From NCBI GenBank assembly GCA_964620955.1, contig CAZUKH010000001.1:190810-254809 (forward strand): a stretch of DNA of 64,000 bases. Direction: 5' to 3'. Numbering within the stretch: position 1 is the first letter of the stretch; every line of letters starts with the position of its first letter. This document shows positions 1 through 10,092 of the stretch, in pieces. The notes below the pieces were generated by a model, which ran no database searches, was not told the origin of the DNA, and saw only the letters and a program-made list of their open reading frames with translations. Position numbers and translations under genes: made by a program. This stretch comes from an uncultured Candidatus Saccharibacteria bacterium. Lineage in GTDB: Bacteria; Patescibacteriota; Dojkabacteria; J137.

Positions 1-846
1 GAGCCTGTTGAACCCCAAGAAGAGGTCAATCCAGTAGAAGAAGGAGAAGAAATAGCTCCAGAGCCAACTATTCCACCAGCTCCTCCTTTTAATCTTGGTT
101 ATGAACCCGAAACAGACCTAACAGAAAGAGAATTTATTCTTTGGGTTTACGATATAGGCACAAGAGAAAAGGTATTCGAATTAAAGGATGGAGATGTTAT
201 AGATATTGCCAACATGTCTTCGAAAGACATTTCAATTGTCGTTGATATTTATCCTGGCACCAAAGGGAGTGTTAAGTTTGAAGACTCTGGAGGTTATTTT
301 TATAAAGAGAACTTCGCACCTTTTTCTATTGATGGCGAGTATCACTGGAATAACCAACTACCGGAACCCTGGGCATACCAGCTAAGGGACTACTCACTTA
401 CAGTTACTGCCTACGCTCTAAAGAATTTGCAAGGTGAAATAATAGGAAGAAAAGATATTAACTTTTCTATTGTAGATACTTCAACAAGGGTTGTTCCTAT
501 TCCAGATAATCAAGAAGAAGATTTAGTTATTGAAGAAAAAAGTGAAACATATGACACTACTTCGGAGTCTTCTGATATTTCGTTTCTTCTCGATTTGGGT
601 ATACAAGCTGGGCAGGAAAACAGTGATGTTTCTGCTCTTAAATCTATACCTTCTGTTTTAGGTGTTGAGACTAGAACAACCCTAGAGTCGCAAGAAACTT
701 TGCCTAATACCGGCATTACGCTTAACGAAACACTTATAATTGGTATGTTAATAGTTCTTTTGGTTTTCGAAATCAATGCACTTGGTGCAGAAAAAAAGTT
801 TTTTACCTGGCTAAAAAAAACTGTAAAACGAAGAAGTATTGATTAA
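1..846 (+). CDS. LPXTG-anchored surface protein, C-terminal part (5' end cut by window start)
   Basis: Frame-1 ORF is open from position 1. The C-terminus carries LPNTG, then a hydrophobic stretch (TLIIGMLIVLLVF), then a basic tail (KKTVKRRS), which is a classic sortase sorting signal. Confidence 0.7.
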   Translation, partial: EPVEPQEEVNPVEEGEEIAPEPTIPPAPPFNLGYEPETDLTEREFILWVYDIGTREKVFELKDGDVIDIANMSSKDISIVVDIYPGTKGSVKFEDSGGYFYKENFAPFSIDGEYHWNNQLPEPWAYQLRDYSLTVTAYALKNLQGEIIGRKDINFSIVDTSTRVVPIPDNQEEDLVIEEKSETYDTTSESSDISFLLDLGIQAGQENSDVSALKSIPSVLGVETRTTLESQETLPNTGITLNETLIIGMLIVLLVFEINALGAEKKFFTWLKKTVKRRSID

Positions 847-1462
847 TCTGATAACATATAATATGTTTGTTAAACTTCTTAAATTATCAAACCTTTTGCT
901 TTCAGCTGCATGTATAATACTTGGGTTTTACATTATTTTATGGCCGTTTACTCCTGAGCTTGAACTGGCTGTTGCCAAAGCTAGTAGTAATGGGATAGTT
1001 TATAAAGGAGAATACGCAACAAGTGCTGAAAATGTTAATGCTGGAGATTTAAAGCCTATTCCTGTTGAAAACACCTTGGTTATTCCGAAAATACTTGTTA
1101 ATGCAGCAATAATAAGCAGCGAAGACAAAGCTGCACTGGACAAGGGTTTATGGCATAGGCCTAACTCCAGTACTCCCAAAAAGGGTGGGAATACAGTTAT
1201 TGCTGCTCACAGATTTTTATATACATCCGGCTCAAATACTTTTTACCACCTTGATAAATTAGAAATCGGGGACGATATCCTAGTGTATTGGGAAGGGAAA
1301 GAGTTTATGTATAAAATTTTTGAGGTGCGAGAAGTTTTACCTACAGAAGTTAGCATTGAAAATAACACAGCTAACTCAATTATTACACTTTACACATGTA
1401 CCCCTTTATGGACAGCAGACAGGAGGCTAGTAGTAAAAGGACAGCTAGTCAACCAAAATTAA
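839..1462 (+). CDS. sortase-family transpeptidase
   Basis: N-terminal TM segment, His motif (VIAAHRF), catalytic TLYTC motif and a conserved Arg near the C-terminus. It overlaps the stop of the upstream LPXTG substrate gene by 8 nt. Confidence 0.75.
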   Translation: MINLITYNMFVKLLKLSNLLLSAACIILGFYIILWPFTPELELAVAKASSNGIVYKGEYATSAENVNAGDLKPIPVENTLVIPKILVNAAIISSEDKAALDKGLWHRPNSSTPKKGGNTVIAAHRFLYTSGSNTFYHLDKLEIGDDILVYWEGKEFMYKIFEVREVLPTEVSIENNTANSIITLYTCTPLWTADRRLVVKGQLVNQN

Positions 1463-1572
1463 GCTTTGAGGTAGCCAAGTTAATAATCTTGTTATTAATT
1501 TTTGGTTTTAGTGTTTGTTACATTTTGTGGCTAAATGGAATGGCAGACTTTCCAGAATTGCTATAATAACAG

Positions 1573-2304
1573 ATGTCGAAATTAATTCTTGTTGGTGTAC
1601 CAATAGGCAACTTAGCAGATATTTCAGTACGGTCGATCAAATCAATATTTGAAAGTACGGTTATAGCTTGCGAAGACACTAGGTCTTTTACTAAGCTTAA
1701 AGGTTTGCTCAAACTTAAATACGCTTTAACTTTTAATGCGTTAGGAGTAACTCCAATCGAAAAAGGTGTCCAAAAAATTATTTCTTACAGAGACCAAAAC
1801 CACATTAGGGTTGTTGATAGTTTGATTAACTATTTAAAAAGTGGGGTAGAAGTGACTTTAGTTTCTGATGCCGGAATGCCTGCAATTTCGGACCCGGGAT
1901 GGAAGCTAATAAATGCAGTCATTACAAATGGATTTGAAATAGATGTTTTTCCTGGCCCTACGGCTGTCACTTCTTCACTTGTTCTATCAGGATTGCCTAC
2001 GGATAGGTACACTTTTTTAGGTTTTTTGCCTCGGAACGAAAATAAAGTTAGAAAACTTGTTTCAAAATTTTGGGATATTTCTACTGTAATTGTATTTGAG
2101 TCTCCTTATAGAGTTAGAAAAACTATTGATTACATTTTGGGTGAAGCTAAAGAAAAACAACAAGAAGTTTCTATTGCTCTTTGTTGTGATATTACAAAAG
2201 CAGGTCAAAAAATTTACCGAGGAACTTCAAATAATATAGTAAATATAATTAAAAACATCCCGCTAAAGGGAGAATGGGTTATTTGCATAAGGGCTGTTAA
2301 GTAG
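1573..2304 (+). CDS. rsmI: 16S rRNA (cytidine1402-2'-O)-methyltransferase RsmI (tetrapyrrole methylase fold)
   Basis: N-terminus LILVGVPIGNLADIS...IACEDTR matches the RsmI signature (PIGNxxDIT...AEDTR); length 243 aa. Confidence 0.8.
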   Translation: MSKLILVGVPIGNLADISVRSIKSIFESTVIACEDTRSFTKLKGLLKLKYALTFNALGVTPIEKGVQKIISYRDQNHIRVVDSLINYLKSGVEVTLVSDAGMPAISDPGWKLINAVITNGFEIDVFPGPTAVTSSLVLSGLPTDRYTFLGFLPRNENKVRKLVSKFWDISTVIVFESPYRVRKTIDYILGEAKEKQQEVSIALCCDITKAGQKIYRGTSNNIVNIIKNIPLKGEWVICIRAVK

Positions 2305-3814
2305 ACTCGACTCTAAAACTAAGCGCCTCCATTATTGTTTCCTCTTCTACTACAATAATATTATTTAAGTCTGCTATTGTTTGGGCTACTTTAAGGATAC
2401 GAAAATAGGAGCGTGCTGATAAGTTCCAGTTTTCGGCTGCTTTTTGCAATGTTAATTTTGCATTAGTTGTAATTTTTATAAACTTTTTAATACCTTCATG
2501 ATCTAAGTCGCTGTTAGACTTGTACACTGTTCCTTTAAACTTTTGTATTTGTATATCTTTAGCAGCTTCAACTCTTTGCCTAACTTTTTCAGAGCTTTCA
2601 CTTTCATTATCTTTAAATAACTCGGCATTTTCTACTTTTGCAACTGGGACTATTAAATCTATTCGGTCAATTATTGGACCGGAAATTCTTTTACGATACT
2701 TTGCAATGTCAAACTCAGTGCAGGTGCATGTTTTTACAGGGTCACCGTGATAGCCACATTTACAAGGGTTCATTGCTGCTACAAGCATAAAGTTTGCAGG
2801 AAAACTTATTGACCCGGATGCCCTCGAAATATTAACAACTTTATCTTCTATTGGCTGCCTTAACGATTCGAGAGTTTGAGCAGAAAACTCAGGAAATTCG
2901 TCTAAAAAAAGTACACCTCTATGAGCTAGTGAGATTTCTCCTGGCCTAATTTTCCCTCCTCCACCGACTAAAGAAACTGTTGAAGCTGTATGATGAGGTG
3001 ATCGGAAAGGCCGAGTGGTAATTAATGGTTTGTTTTTTGATGTAAGCCCAGCAATACTATAGATTTTCGTTACTTCAATACTTTCTTCATAAGTTAACTT
3101 AGGTAAAATCCCTGGAATGCATCTTGATAAAAGAGTTTTTCCCGAACCTGGTACTCCATTAAGTAATAAGTTGTGAGAACCAGCGGCAGCAATCTCCAGG
3201 GCTCTTTTAGCATGAGTTTGTCCGTTAACTTGCTTTAAATCAAAATTATTTTTACTTAAATTAACATAATCATTCCATTTAGCAGGGTGAGAGTAGGGTG
3301 TAGGATTAAACCCAGTCAAATGATTTACAACGGTTCTTAAATCGTCAGCAGCAACTATATTTATTCCGCTAATCAACGTGGCTTCTTTTTCATTCTCTTT
3401 TGGAATAAATACTTCTTTAATACCTTTGCGCTTAGCAGAGTGAACTATGGGTAATATTCCTGAAACCGGTCTTAATCTACCGTCTAAAGCCAACTCACCA
3501 ACAAATAACTTTTCTTTTGTATCAAAGTCTAGCTGGTTAGATGCTGCAAGGTAACCTAAAGCAATGGGGAGGTCATAACTTGGTCCTGATTTTATAAGGT
3601 CAGCTGGGGCAAGATTAACGACTATTCTTACTGGAACAAATTCGAATCCGGAATTTCTTATAGCTGAGGGTATTCTATCTTTGGCTTCTTGTACCGATTT
3701 ATCGGCCATACCTACTATAGAAAAGTACGTATTTGTTCTTCTATAATCTGTTTCAACCTCTACAATAGTGCAATCGAGTCCAACTAATGCAGCACTAAAG
3801 ATTTTTGAGGGCAT
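2297..3814 (-). CDS. comM: YifB/ComM family Mg-chelatase-like AAA+ ATPase
   Basis: 505 aa. N-terminal Lon-protease-like domain, Walker A GVPGSGKT, ChlI-type AAA core and conserved C-terminal domain. Confidence 0.85.
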   Translation of the reverse strand: MPSKIFSAALVGLDCTIVEVETDYRRTNTYFSIVGMADKSVQEAKDRIPSAIRNSGFEFVPVRIVVNLAPADLIKSGPSYDLPIALGYLAASNQLDFDTKEKLFVGELALDGRLRPVSGILPIVHSAKRKGIKEVFIPKENEKEATLISGINIVAADDLRTVVNHLTGFNPTPYSHPAKWNDYVNLSKNNFDLKQVNGQTHAKRALEIAAAGSHNLLLNGVPGSGKTLLSRCIPGILPKLTYEESIEVTKIYSIAGLTSKNKPLITTRPFRSPHHTASTVSLVGGGGKIRPGEISLAHRGVLFLDEFPEFSAQTLESLRQPIEDKVVNISRASGSISFPANFMLVAAMNPCKCGYHGDPVKTCTCTEFDIAKYRKRISGPIIDRIDLIVPVAKVENAELFKDNESESSEKVRQRVEAAKDIQIQKFKGTVYKSNSDLDHEGIKKFIKITTNAKLTLQKAAENWNLSARSYFRILKVAQTIADLNNIIVVEEETIMEALSFRVEST

Positions 3815-3858
3815 ACTGATTTAGTAAATGCAGTATTTTACCACAGTAGTAAGTTACT

Positions 3859-5022
3859 TTACAGGCTTCGTGACGGATCTCTTTCTAATGATTGAATTTG
3901 AATATTCGTTTCTAAGGGTTTTTTATTAATTGCTTTTGAAAAGTTTGAGACCAATCCAATCATTGCTGCATTATCTGTTGTAAGTGTTTGATCGAAAGGT
4001 GATCTCATTGTTATTCCTAGCGGCTTTGTTATTTTTCTAACCATTGACCGAAACCTGACATTTGCAATAACCCCTCCACCTAGCCAAACCTCTTGTGGAT
4101 TGTATTGCTTTAAGGCTTTTAAAAGTTTTACTTCAATTTGCCTAAAAGCAACTTGTTCAAACAAAACAGAAAGGTCTAGTATTTGTTGTTTGTTCAGGTT
4201 CATTGTACCATTTGTTTTATTTACAACTAGCTGTTGAAATGCTGTTTTTAGGCCAGAATAACTAAAGTTTAAATCTTTTGAATAGTACATTGGAATTGGT
4301 AGCTCGTATTTTTCAAGTGTTTTTTTGTTTTGGGCTGTTATTACTACTGATTGACTGCGCTTTTCTTCTTTTAATGTTACTTCTAAGCGATTTTGCGAAG
4401 CAAAATCGCTTAGAACTGGCCCGGCAGGGTAACCTATTCCCATTATGCGGCCACACTTATCAAAAGCCTCCCCACATGAGTCATCTTGCGTTTCTGCAAT
4501 TTTTTTATAAACTCCTGGACTTTGAACTACAATCAACTCTGTATGCCCTCCTGAAACAAGTACCCCAAGTGCAGGATAAATATTAGTGTCAAAAAGGCTA
4601 TTCCAGCTTTCTAAAGCCTTTTGCTGCTTTAATTTAATTTTTGATTTTCTTGCAGCAAAGCCAGAAAGCAGGTGACCCTCCATGTGATTGATTGGAAATA
4701 AAGGTTTTTGATTTTTAATTGAAAGTTCTTTAGCTTTATTTATGCCCACCTCTAAAGCTATAGCTAACCCCGGGCCATAGGTAACCGCAACAAAGTCTAT
4801 TTGCTTTATAGTTTTTCCAGCTCTCTTTAAGGCTAAATCTATAACTCCATTGATTCTTTTTTCATGTTCTAGTTTTGCAAGGGACGGTACAACACCCCCA
4901 AACTCTTTATGCATTTGCATTTGTGAAGGGCGGATATTTGAAAGTACAATATTATTCTCAACTACTGCAGCGGATGTTTCATCACATGAAGTATCTATAG
5001 CTAATGTTATTAGTTTTTGCAT
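3859..5022 (-). CDS. tsaD: tRNA N6-adenosine threonylcarbamoyltransferase TsaD (Kae1/YgjD family)
   Basis: N-terminus LAIDTSCDETSAAV, HxxGH-type metal motif (HMEGHLL) and an ASKHA fold-like C-terminal half. Confidence 0.8.
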   Translation of the reverse strand: MQKLITLAIDTSCDETSAAVVENNIVLSNIRPSQMQMHKEFGGVVPSLAKLEHEKRINGVIDLALKRAGKTIKQIDFVAVTYGPGLAIALEVGINKAKELSIKNQKPLFPINHMEGHLLSGFAARKSKIKLKQQKALESWNSLFDTNIYPALGVLVSGGHTELIVVQSPGVYKKIAETQDDSCGEAFDKCGRIMGIGYPAGPVLSDFASQNRLEVTLKEEKRSQSVVITAQNKKTLEKYELPIPMYYSKDLNFSYSGLKTAFQQLVVNKTNGTMNLNKQQILDLSVLFEQVAFRQIEVKLLKALKQYNPQEVWLGGGVIANVRFRSMVRKITKPLGITMRSPFDQTLTTDNAAMIGLVSNFSKAINKKPLETNIQIQSLERDPSRSL

Positions 5023-5028
5023 TTGTAA

Positions 5029-6084
5029 TTATACCGCAGTAACAGGGGCGTCATTCCCCCTAAGGTCAATAAGTTGAAGTAAAAATGTGAAATCGTCATA
5101 ATGGCCATTATCATTTATTACCAAAGCTTTTCCCAGTACTTTTTTAAGTAGATCATTTTGATCTGAACTTTCTTCCATTGCTGTTTGGATAAATTTAATC
5201 CAGTCATTACGATGTATTTGTCCGGTTATACCATCACTTGCAGTAACAACAAGGTAAATTTTACCAGGTATTAAAGGAACTCTAAGTTTGTGAAAACTTT
5301 CTATATTTCCTGGTGAAAAGGGACTATTTCTACTTAAAGCTCCTACAAGCTCATTAGACCTTTCCTTATATGCGTCTGGATCTAAAGTAATTATTATTTC
5401 TTGAACACCATTGCTAAATATAATTTCAAAAGTTTCTTTTTTATTATCTTCTACATGCTCAAAAAATCTGCATAGCTGGTTATAAACAGCTTCATTGGAA
5501 AGAGAATCTAACAAATCTATATTTGCATCCTGAAATTTGAAATAAATGTAGCCATTCATTAATGGCGTTAAAAGTTTTGAAGTGGAACTCGCTGGGTTTA
5601 CAGGGTCAAACTCTACAAGGTAAATTGGCGAATCTCCTGAATAGTAGGTTTCAACTACTTTTTGATTTCCTACCATAAAGACAAAGCTTATTGCAATGGT
5701 TGTGCTTGTATTGTCTTCCATTCCTTTTACAAATTCGATAATTGATTCAATTACTTCTTTTGGTGAGTTTAAACTTGCAACAGTTTTTTCAAGGTGACTT
5801 CTTATATGCTCGGATGCTACTTGATTTGGGGGATTTAGCGACCTTGGAGTAGGGCTATCTAAAACTACTGCCATATTGCCCCATGAAAATTCGTAAATAA
5901 AGTACCTGTCATAACCTGCTCCTTTTCCAACGTAAACTTCTTTCCTGTTGTTATAACCACCTGCTACGCCTGGAAGTGAAGCATTGGCTGTTTGAACTGT
6001 ACGTATTTGTCCCAAAATTTCGGGGGGTTCTTGAGAACTTCCAGTTATAACCTTTACTTCTTGCGTTTTGAACTCATCTGTCAT
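5029..6084 (-). CDS. PP2C-family Ser/Thr phosphatase-like protein (tentative)
   Basis: C-terminal motifs LVVTASDGI and GHYDDFTFLLQLI resemble the PP2C motifs (ASDG...DDxT). The N-terminal region is divergent. Confidence 0.4.
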   Translation of the reverse strand: MTDEFKTQEVKVITGSSQEPPEILGQIRTVQTANASLPGVAGGYNNRKEVYVGKGAGYDRYFIYEFSWGNMAVVLDSPTPRSLNPPNQVASEHIRSHLEKTVASLNSPKEVIESIIEFVKGMEDNTSTTIAISFVFMVGNQKVVETYYSGDSPIYLVEFDPVNPASSTSKLLTPLMNGYIYFKFQDANIDLLDSLSNEAVYNQLCRFFEHVEDNKKETFEIIFSNGVQEIIITLDPDAYKERSNELVGALSRNSPFSPGNIESFHKLRVPLIPGKIYLVVTASDGITGQIHRNDWIKFIQTAMEESSDQNDLLKKVLGKALVINDNGHYDDFTFLLQLIDLRGNDAPVTAV

Positions 6085-6151
6085 TGCTTACATATTTATA
6101 CGAGGATTATATCACTTAAAAAAGTTTTTAAGACAATATGGCGGGAGGTTA

Positions 6152-6490
6152 CTAAACCCCTATTAGGTAAAGCATTACTACTATAATTAGTGTTATATTA
6201 AAAAATGTTACTACTGTGAAGCCAATAAGGGCACTTAACCTAGCACCTTTCCAGTGTGTATTTTTGTACCAGTATTTACCTTCTGTTGTTCTTATAATTG
6301 GGCTCCAAGGTGCCATTGGACCTATAAGAAAAGCCTTGTAGAGTGGTTTGTTTTTTAGGCTAACAGCTTTTTTGGGTGAGTCAGCTTTTTGCTTAGTAAT
6401 AAAACGGGAAAACGAAACAAACATTGCAATGTAAAAAGTATTTAAAACAAGAATTATTAATAATAAACCAAGCAAAACCCAATACTCCAT
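6152..6490 (-). CDS. small membrane protein, hypothetical
   Basis: 112 aa with two predicted TM helices. No recognisable family. Confidence 0.35.
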   Translation of the reverse strand: MEYWVLLGLLLIILVLNTFYIAMFVSFSRFITKQKADSPKKAVSLKNKPLYKAFLIGPMAPWSPIIRTTEGKYWYKNTHWKGARLSALIGFTVVTFFNITLIIVVMLYLIGV

Positions 6491-6617
6491 TGTAACGAAA
6501 GTTAAACTAAGCTAATAATATACTCTTTCGTATTTGCTTACAAGCCTTTGTTATTGGCTGGGTTATTCTCCATAAAGTGTTGACAAAAAATAATACTGCA
6601 CGGTAGCTTGGTAGGGT

Positions 6618-7304
6618 ATGAGTGATCAAAGCAGCGTAGCTAGTGACCAACAACTCCCAACTCTTTGTGACACCTGTGAACCCTGGGCAGATGAAGATTA
6701 TGGCGAATACGCGCGAACATGGTGCGGACGGATCCATACTTTATTGAATGATGTTGTAAATAATTATACCAAGGGTATTAATTCCAAGTCTCTGACAGCA
6801 AAGTTGAGGAAAGAGGTACTGGAAGCTAATACAGGTATGATTGATGCCCCATGCCTTTTTCACAAGGACCTGATTTTGATTAAAAATTTAATTGGTGCAT
6901 GTAGTAATGCTAAACAGATGTTTTTAGTTGCCCAGTCGCTACAATACTTGACTCGTAGCTTTGACTTTACCAAACCAGGAGAATACAGTGACTGGTCTTT
7001 TTATCTTAATTTGCTGAAAGGTTTCAGTGGACAGAAACTGGTTTCACTTGCTTTTGTTTTAAGAGGCATTGAAGATAAATATACCCCAACCTTTAAATCC
7101 AATGATTTTAAAGGAAAATTTATTGAATATGCAATAATTATAAGAATGGCGGAAAACTCAGCTGAAATGCTATTTAAACTTACAAACGAATTCATGCGGG
7201 AGTGGAACAAAATATCACAACATAGAAAAATTTCTCCACCTTATACCACGAGTAATTTAAATTCACCGGATCAACTTGATCAAAACCCACCTTTAGAGCA
7301 TTAA
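6618..7304 (+). CDS. hypothetical protein (5' region locally GC-elevated)
   Basis: 228-aa ORF whose first ~120 nt are clearly more GC-rich than the surroundings. No recognisable motif. Confidence 0.35.
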   Translation: MSDQSSVASDQQLPTLCDTCEPWADEDYGEYARTWCGRIHTLLNDVVNNYTKGINSKSLTAKLRKEVLEANTGMIDAPCLFHKDLILIKNLIGACSNAKQMFLVAQSLQYLTRSFDFTKPGEYSDWSFYLNLLKGFSGQKLVSLAFVLRGIEDKYTPTFKSNDFKGKFIEYAIIIRMAENSAEMLFKLTNEFMREWNKISQHRKISPPYTTSNLNSPDQLDQNPPLEH

Positions 7305-7807
7305 ATTACTTCTTTAACATCATGTTCATACGGGTAGTCATGGGTTTCAGATTCTTTTACATTCAGGCTAAACTTAACTCCTTTTAAAAGATCTTGCACT
7401 TGTAATGAGCTACCGTGTTTATCGTTTCTATTTTGAATAATGTGAATTTGTCCATTAAAACTCTTTAGTCTTTCGTAATACAACGATTGCTGAGTAAGGT
7501 TTAAGTCGTTAATAGGAATACCAATAAAAATAAGTTTTTTTACCAGCTCACCATAGTCACTCAAAAGCTGGATAGTAATTAAAGTACCTATAGATTTTGC
7601 AACAAAACAAATTTCTGTTTCTTCTAACGGAATATTTTGCTTAATTACTTTTATTTCGTCAGCTGGATTCCACACTGTACTTTTATCTTTCCAATGAGCC
7701 CATTCATGTGCATAAAAACGCTTTTTTTTACTTTGCATAGTGCCTACAAGATTTTGAAGCTCATCAAAGTTTGTAAAGCTAAATCCAGGCAAAAGAACGT
7801 AGAACAT
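7301..7807 (-). CDS. alpha/beta hydrolase, RBBP9/YdeN-like serine hydrolase (paralog 1)
   Basis: About 170 aa with a GxSxG-type nucleophile elbow (KSIGT), an AHEWAHW motif and an alpha/beta-hydrolase length and pattern. Tandem paralog of 7971..8480. Confidence 0.5.
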   Translation of the reverse strand: MFYVLLPGFSFTNFDELQNLVGTMQSKKKRFYAHEWAHWKDKSTVWNPADEIKVIKQNIPLEETEICFVAKSIGTLITIQLLSDYGELVKKLIFIGIPINDLNLTQQSLYYERLKSFNGQIHIIQNRNDKHGSSLQVQDLLKGVKFSLNVKESETHDYPYEHDVKEVI

Positions 7808-7970
7808 AGGAATAAGCTAATTATTTTAGTATAGCAAAATTTAACCATGAAAGATTAACTTTACGCGTCAACAAAGAAATTGCCTCAACTACAATTATAA
7901 AAGAAATGACTTTAGTTACAGAAAACACTTAACACTTTCAAAGCATTGCCAATCTTAAAGTTTTAAAACC

Positions 7971-8480
7971 CTAATTCTTCTTAATTAATTCTTTTACTAA
8001 ATCTGCATACATATAAATGTGGTTTTCTGCAGGCATAATTTTTTCTTTAAAATCTACCCCTTGCATTATATCTCTTACTTTTTCAAGTGGACCATAAGGA
8101 TCATTATCATTTTGTATAAGAATAATCTTTGACTGCACTTTCTTTAAAACCTCTAAGTACCGTTTTGTTTTTTCTTGACCTATGCCAGTTGGGATTCCCA
8201 TTAAAACAACCAATTTAGGGCTTAACCCCAGTTTTTCAATAAGTTCAACAGCAACATAAGTCCCAATTGATTTTCCTAAAACTGAGTACTCTTTTACTTC
8301 TCCAACCGCCGAAAGAATTGTAGAAAGTTCTCTTTCCATGTCAAAACTCAATGCTTCGTCTTTCCAGTGTGCATATTCGTGTGCATAAAAATCTGCGCCT
8401 CGTGCCTTAAACATTTTAGAAAAAGAATCCAACTCTGTTTTATTTATTACTCCGTTTCCTGGAAGATATATGTATTTCAT
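7971..8480 (-). CDS. alpha/beta hydrolase, RBBP9/YdeN-like serine hydrolase (paralog 2)
   Basis: Shares FYAHEYAHWKD, GKSIGT and IGIP/MGIP motifs with 7301..7807. Confidence 0.5.
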   Translation of the reverse strand: MKYIYLPGNGVINKTELDSFSKMFKARGADFYAHEYAHWKDEALSFDMERELSTILSAVGEVKEYSVLGKSIGTYVAVELIEKLGLSPKLVVLMGIPTGIGQEKTKRYLEVLKKVQSKIILIQNDNDPYGPLEKVRDIMQGVDFKEKIMPAENHIYMYADLVKELIKKN

Positions 8481-8527
8481 GATATTAAATTAAAAACTAC
8501 AGACAAAGATTGTCTTCTTTTTCGTTT

Positions 8528-9130
8528 TTACTTTTTACTTATTATCTCTCCTATTTTTTCCCAGTTAATAACATTCCAAAAAGCCTCAACATATTCAGGT
8601 CTTCTATTTTGATATTTTAGATAATATGCGTGTTCCCAAACATCAAGCCCTAAAATTGGCTTGTGTCCGTGCATTAGAGGGCTATCTTGGTTAGGCATTT
8701 GGTGTAAATGTAAGCTGCCATTTTCTTCTAACGCAAGAAAAACCCAGCCAGACCCAAAAAGAGACAACGCTAAGTTGGAAAATTCTTCTTTGAATTTATC
8801 GAACGAGCCAAACTTTTCATTAATCATTTCAAAAAGTTTCCCTTGGGGCTTTTGCCCATTGTTCTTTTTAAGAATCGAAAAGAAAAGATTATGATTTGCA
8901 AAACCCCCACCATTGTTGCGTACTGTTGTTCTTATTTCTTGTGGCAATAAATCCAAAGAAGCTAAAAGCTCTTCTATAGTTTTATGTTCGTATTCAGTTC
9001 CTGCAATTGCATCATTAAGCTTATCTGTATATGCCTGATGGTGTTTCCCGGAATGGATTTCCATCGTTTTTGCATCAATAAAAGGTTCTAAGTCTTCGAA
9101 GCCAGTAAATGTGAATCTTTCAAACACCAT
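8528..9130 (-). CDS. Fe/Mn superoxide dismutase
   Basis: HHxxHH-type N-terminus ([14 protein letters not shown]) and C-terminal [18 protein letters not shown], both diagnostic of Fe/Mn SOD. Confidence 0.9.
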   Translation of the reverse strand: MVFERFTFTGFEDLEPFIDAKTMEIHSGKHHQAYTDKLNDAIAGTEYEHKTIEELLASLDLLPQEIRTTVRNNGGGFANHNLFFSILKKNNGQKPQGKLFEMINEKFGSFDKFKEEFSNLALSLFGSGWVFLALEENGSLHLHQMPNQDSPLMHGHKPILGLDVWEHAYYLKYQNRRPEYVEAFWNVINWEKIGEIISKK

Positions 9131-9216
9131 AAAGAAATTTTTTAATAACTAAGTTTTGAGGTTAAAATCTGCATGTTATTCTATTATACCAGCCTAAAAA
9201 CTTTAAACAAAAATTT

Positions 9217-10092
9217 ATGAAAGAAATAGAACGTAATAAGAGCTTCATGAATACAGTTATTTCAATAAAAGTTGTTCAAAACGAGGAGCCAACTTACGAT
9301 ATTAATTTGGCAATTGAAGAAGCCTTTGGAGAATTCGATCGAATAGTAAAAAGTTATACACGGTTTAACGAAAACAGTGAGTTATCAAATTTAAATAGAA
9401 ATAATGGAAACTTTGTAAAAGTTACTGAAGAGTTTTTTATGCTAATTGAAAAAATGTTAGACCTTGCTCAAAAAACTGATGGTTGCTTTGACCCAACTGT
9501 TATTGATTTTCTAGAGGTTTACGGGTACGACAAAAACTATGATTTTTCAAAGCTAGATAAGCCCGAACTAAACGATATTGTTAAAAAAACCGCTAATTCA
9601 AGAAAAAGCTATAAAGAAATAAAATTGAATAATGAAACAAAAGAAGTATGCCTTGCGAAAGGGCAGAGAATAGACCTTGGAGGTATTGGTAAAGGATATG
9701 CTATTGATTGCGCTTATGAAAAATTGAGTTTAAAGCTAAAAAACTTTTTAATTGATGCAGGAGGAGATATAAGAGCAAGTGGCAATAACTCAGAAAACCA
9801 ACCTTGGAAAATTGCACTTAAAGCAAGCATTGGAGGCGAACCTATGAATATTGGACAAATGTCTCTTAAAGATAGTGCGCTCGCGAGCTCAGGCTCGTGG
9901 GCTCGAAGAGTTCGTCAGTTTCACCACATAATTAACCCTGTAAGCGGGCAACCTGTAATAGCAAAGTATTCAACTGTTTTTGTTGAGGCCCCTACTGCAT
10001 TAGAAGCTGACGGGTGGGCTACAGCCCTTTTTGTGGGAGGTTCGAGCTTGCAAGAGAAGCTCCCGGACCACCTGAAATGCCTCTTTTTTTAG
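9217..10092 (+). CDS. apbE: FAD:protein FMN transferase (ApbE family)
   Basis: IDLGGIGKGYAID motif and ApbE-like length and pattern. Confidence 0.7.
   Translation: MKEIERNKSFMNTVISIKVVQNEEPTYDINLAIEEAFGEFDRIVKSYTRFNENSELSNLNRNNGNFVKVTEEFFMLIEKMLDLAQKTDGCFDPTVIDFLEVYGYDKNYDFSKLDKPELNDIVKKTANSRKSYKEIKLNNETKEVCLAKGQRIDLGGIGKGYAIDCAYEKLSLKLKNFLIDAGGDIRASGNNSENQPWKIALKASIGGEPMNIGQMSLKDSALASSGSWARRVRQFHHIINPVSGQPVIAKYSTVFVEAPTALEADGWATALFVGGSSLQEKLPDHLKCLFF

Noticed and set aside
510-776. Short antisense or overlapping ORFs inside larger genes, for example 510..776(-), 1518..1712(-), 1830..2012(-), 2520..2750(+), 4278..4586(+), 11508..12071(-), 12893..13339(-), 14408..14742(-), 42598..42982(-) and 56449..56709(-).
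   Set aside because: They are fully embedded in, or antisense to, longer ORFs that have clear conserved-family signatures. Their composition is low-complexity and there is no independent motif support. Typical shadow ORFs.
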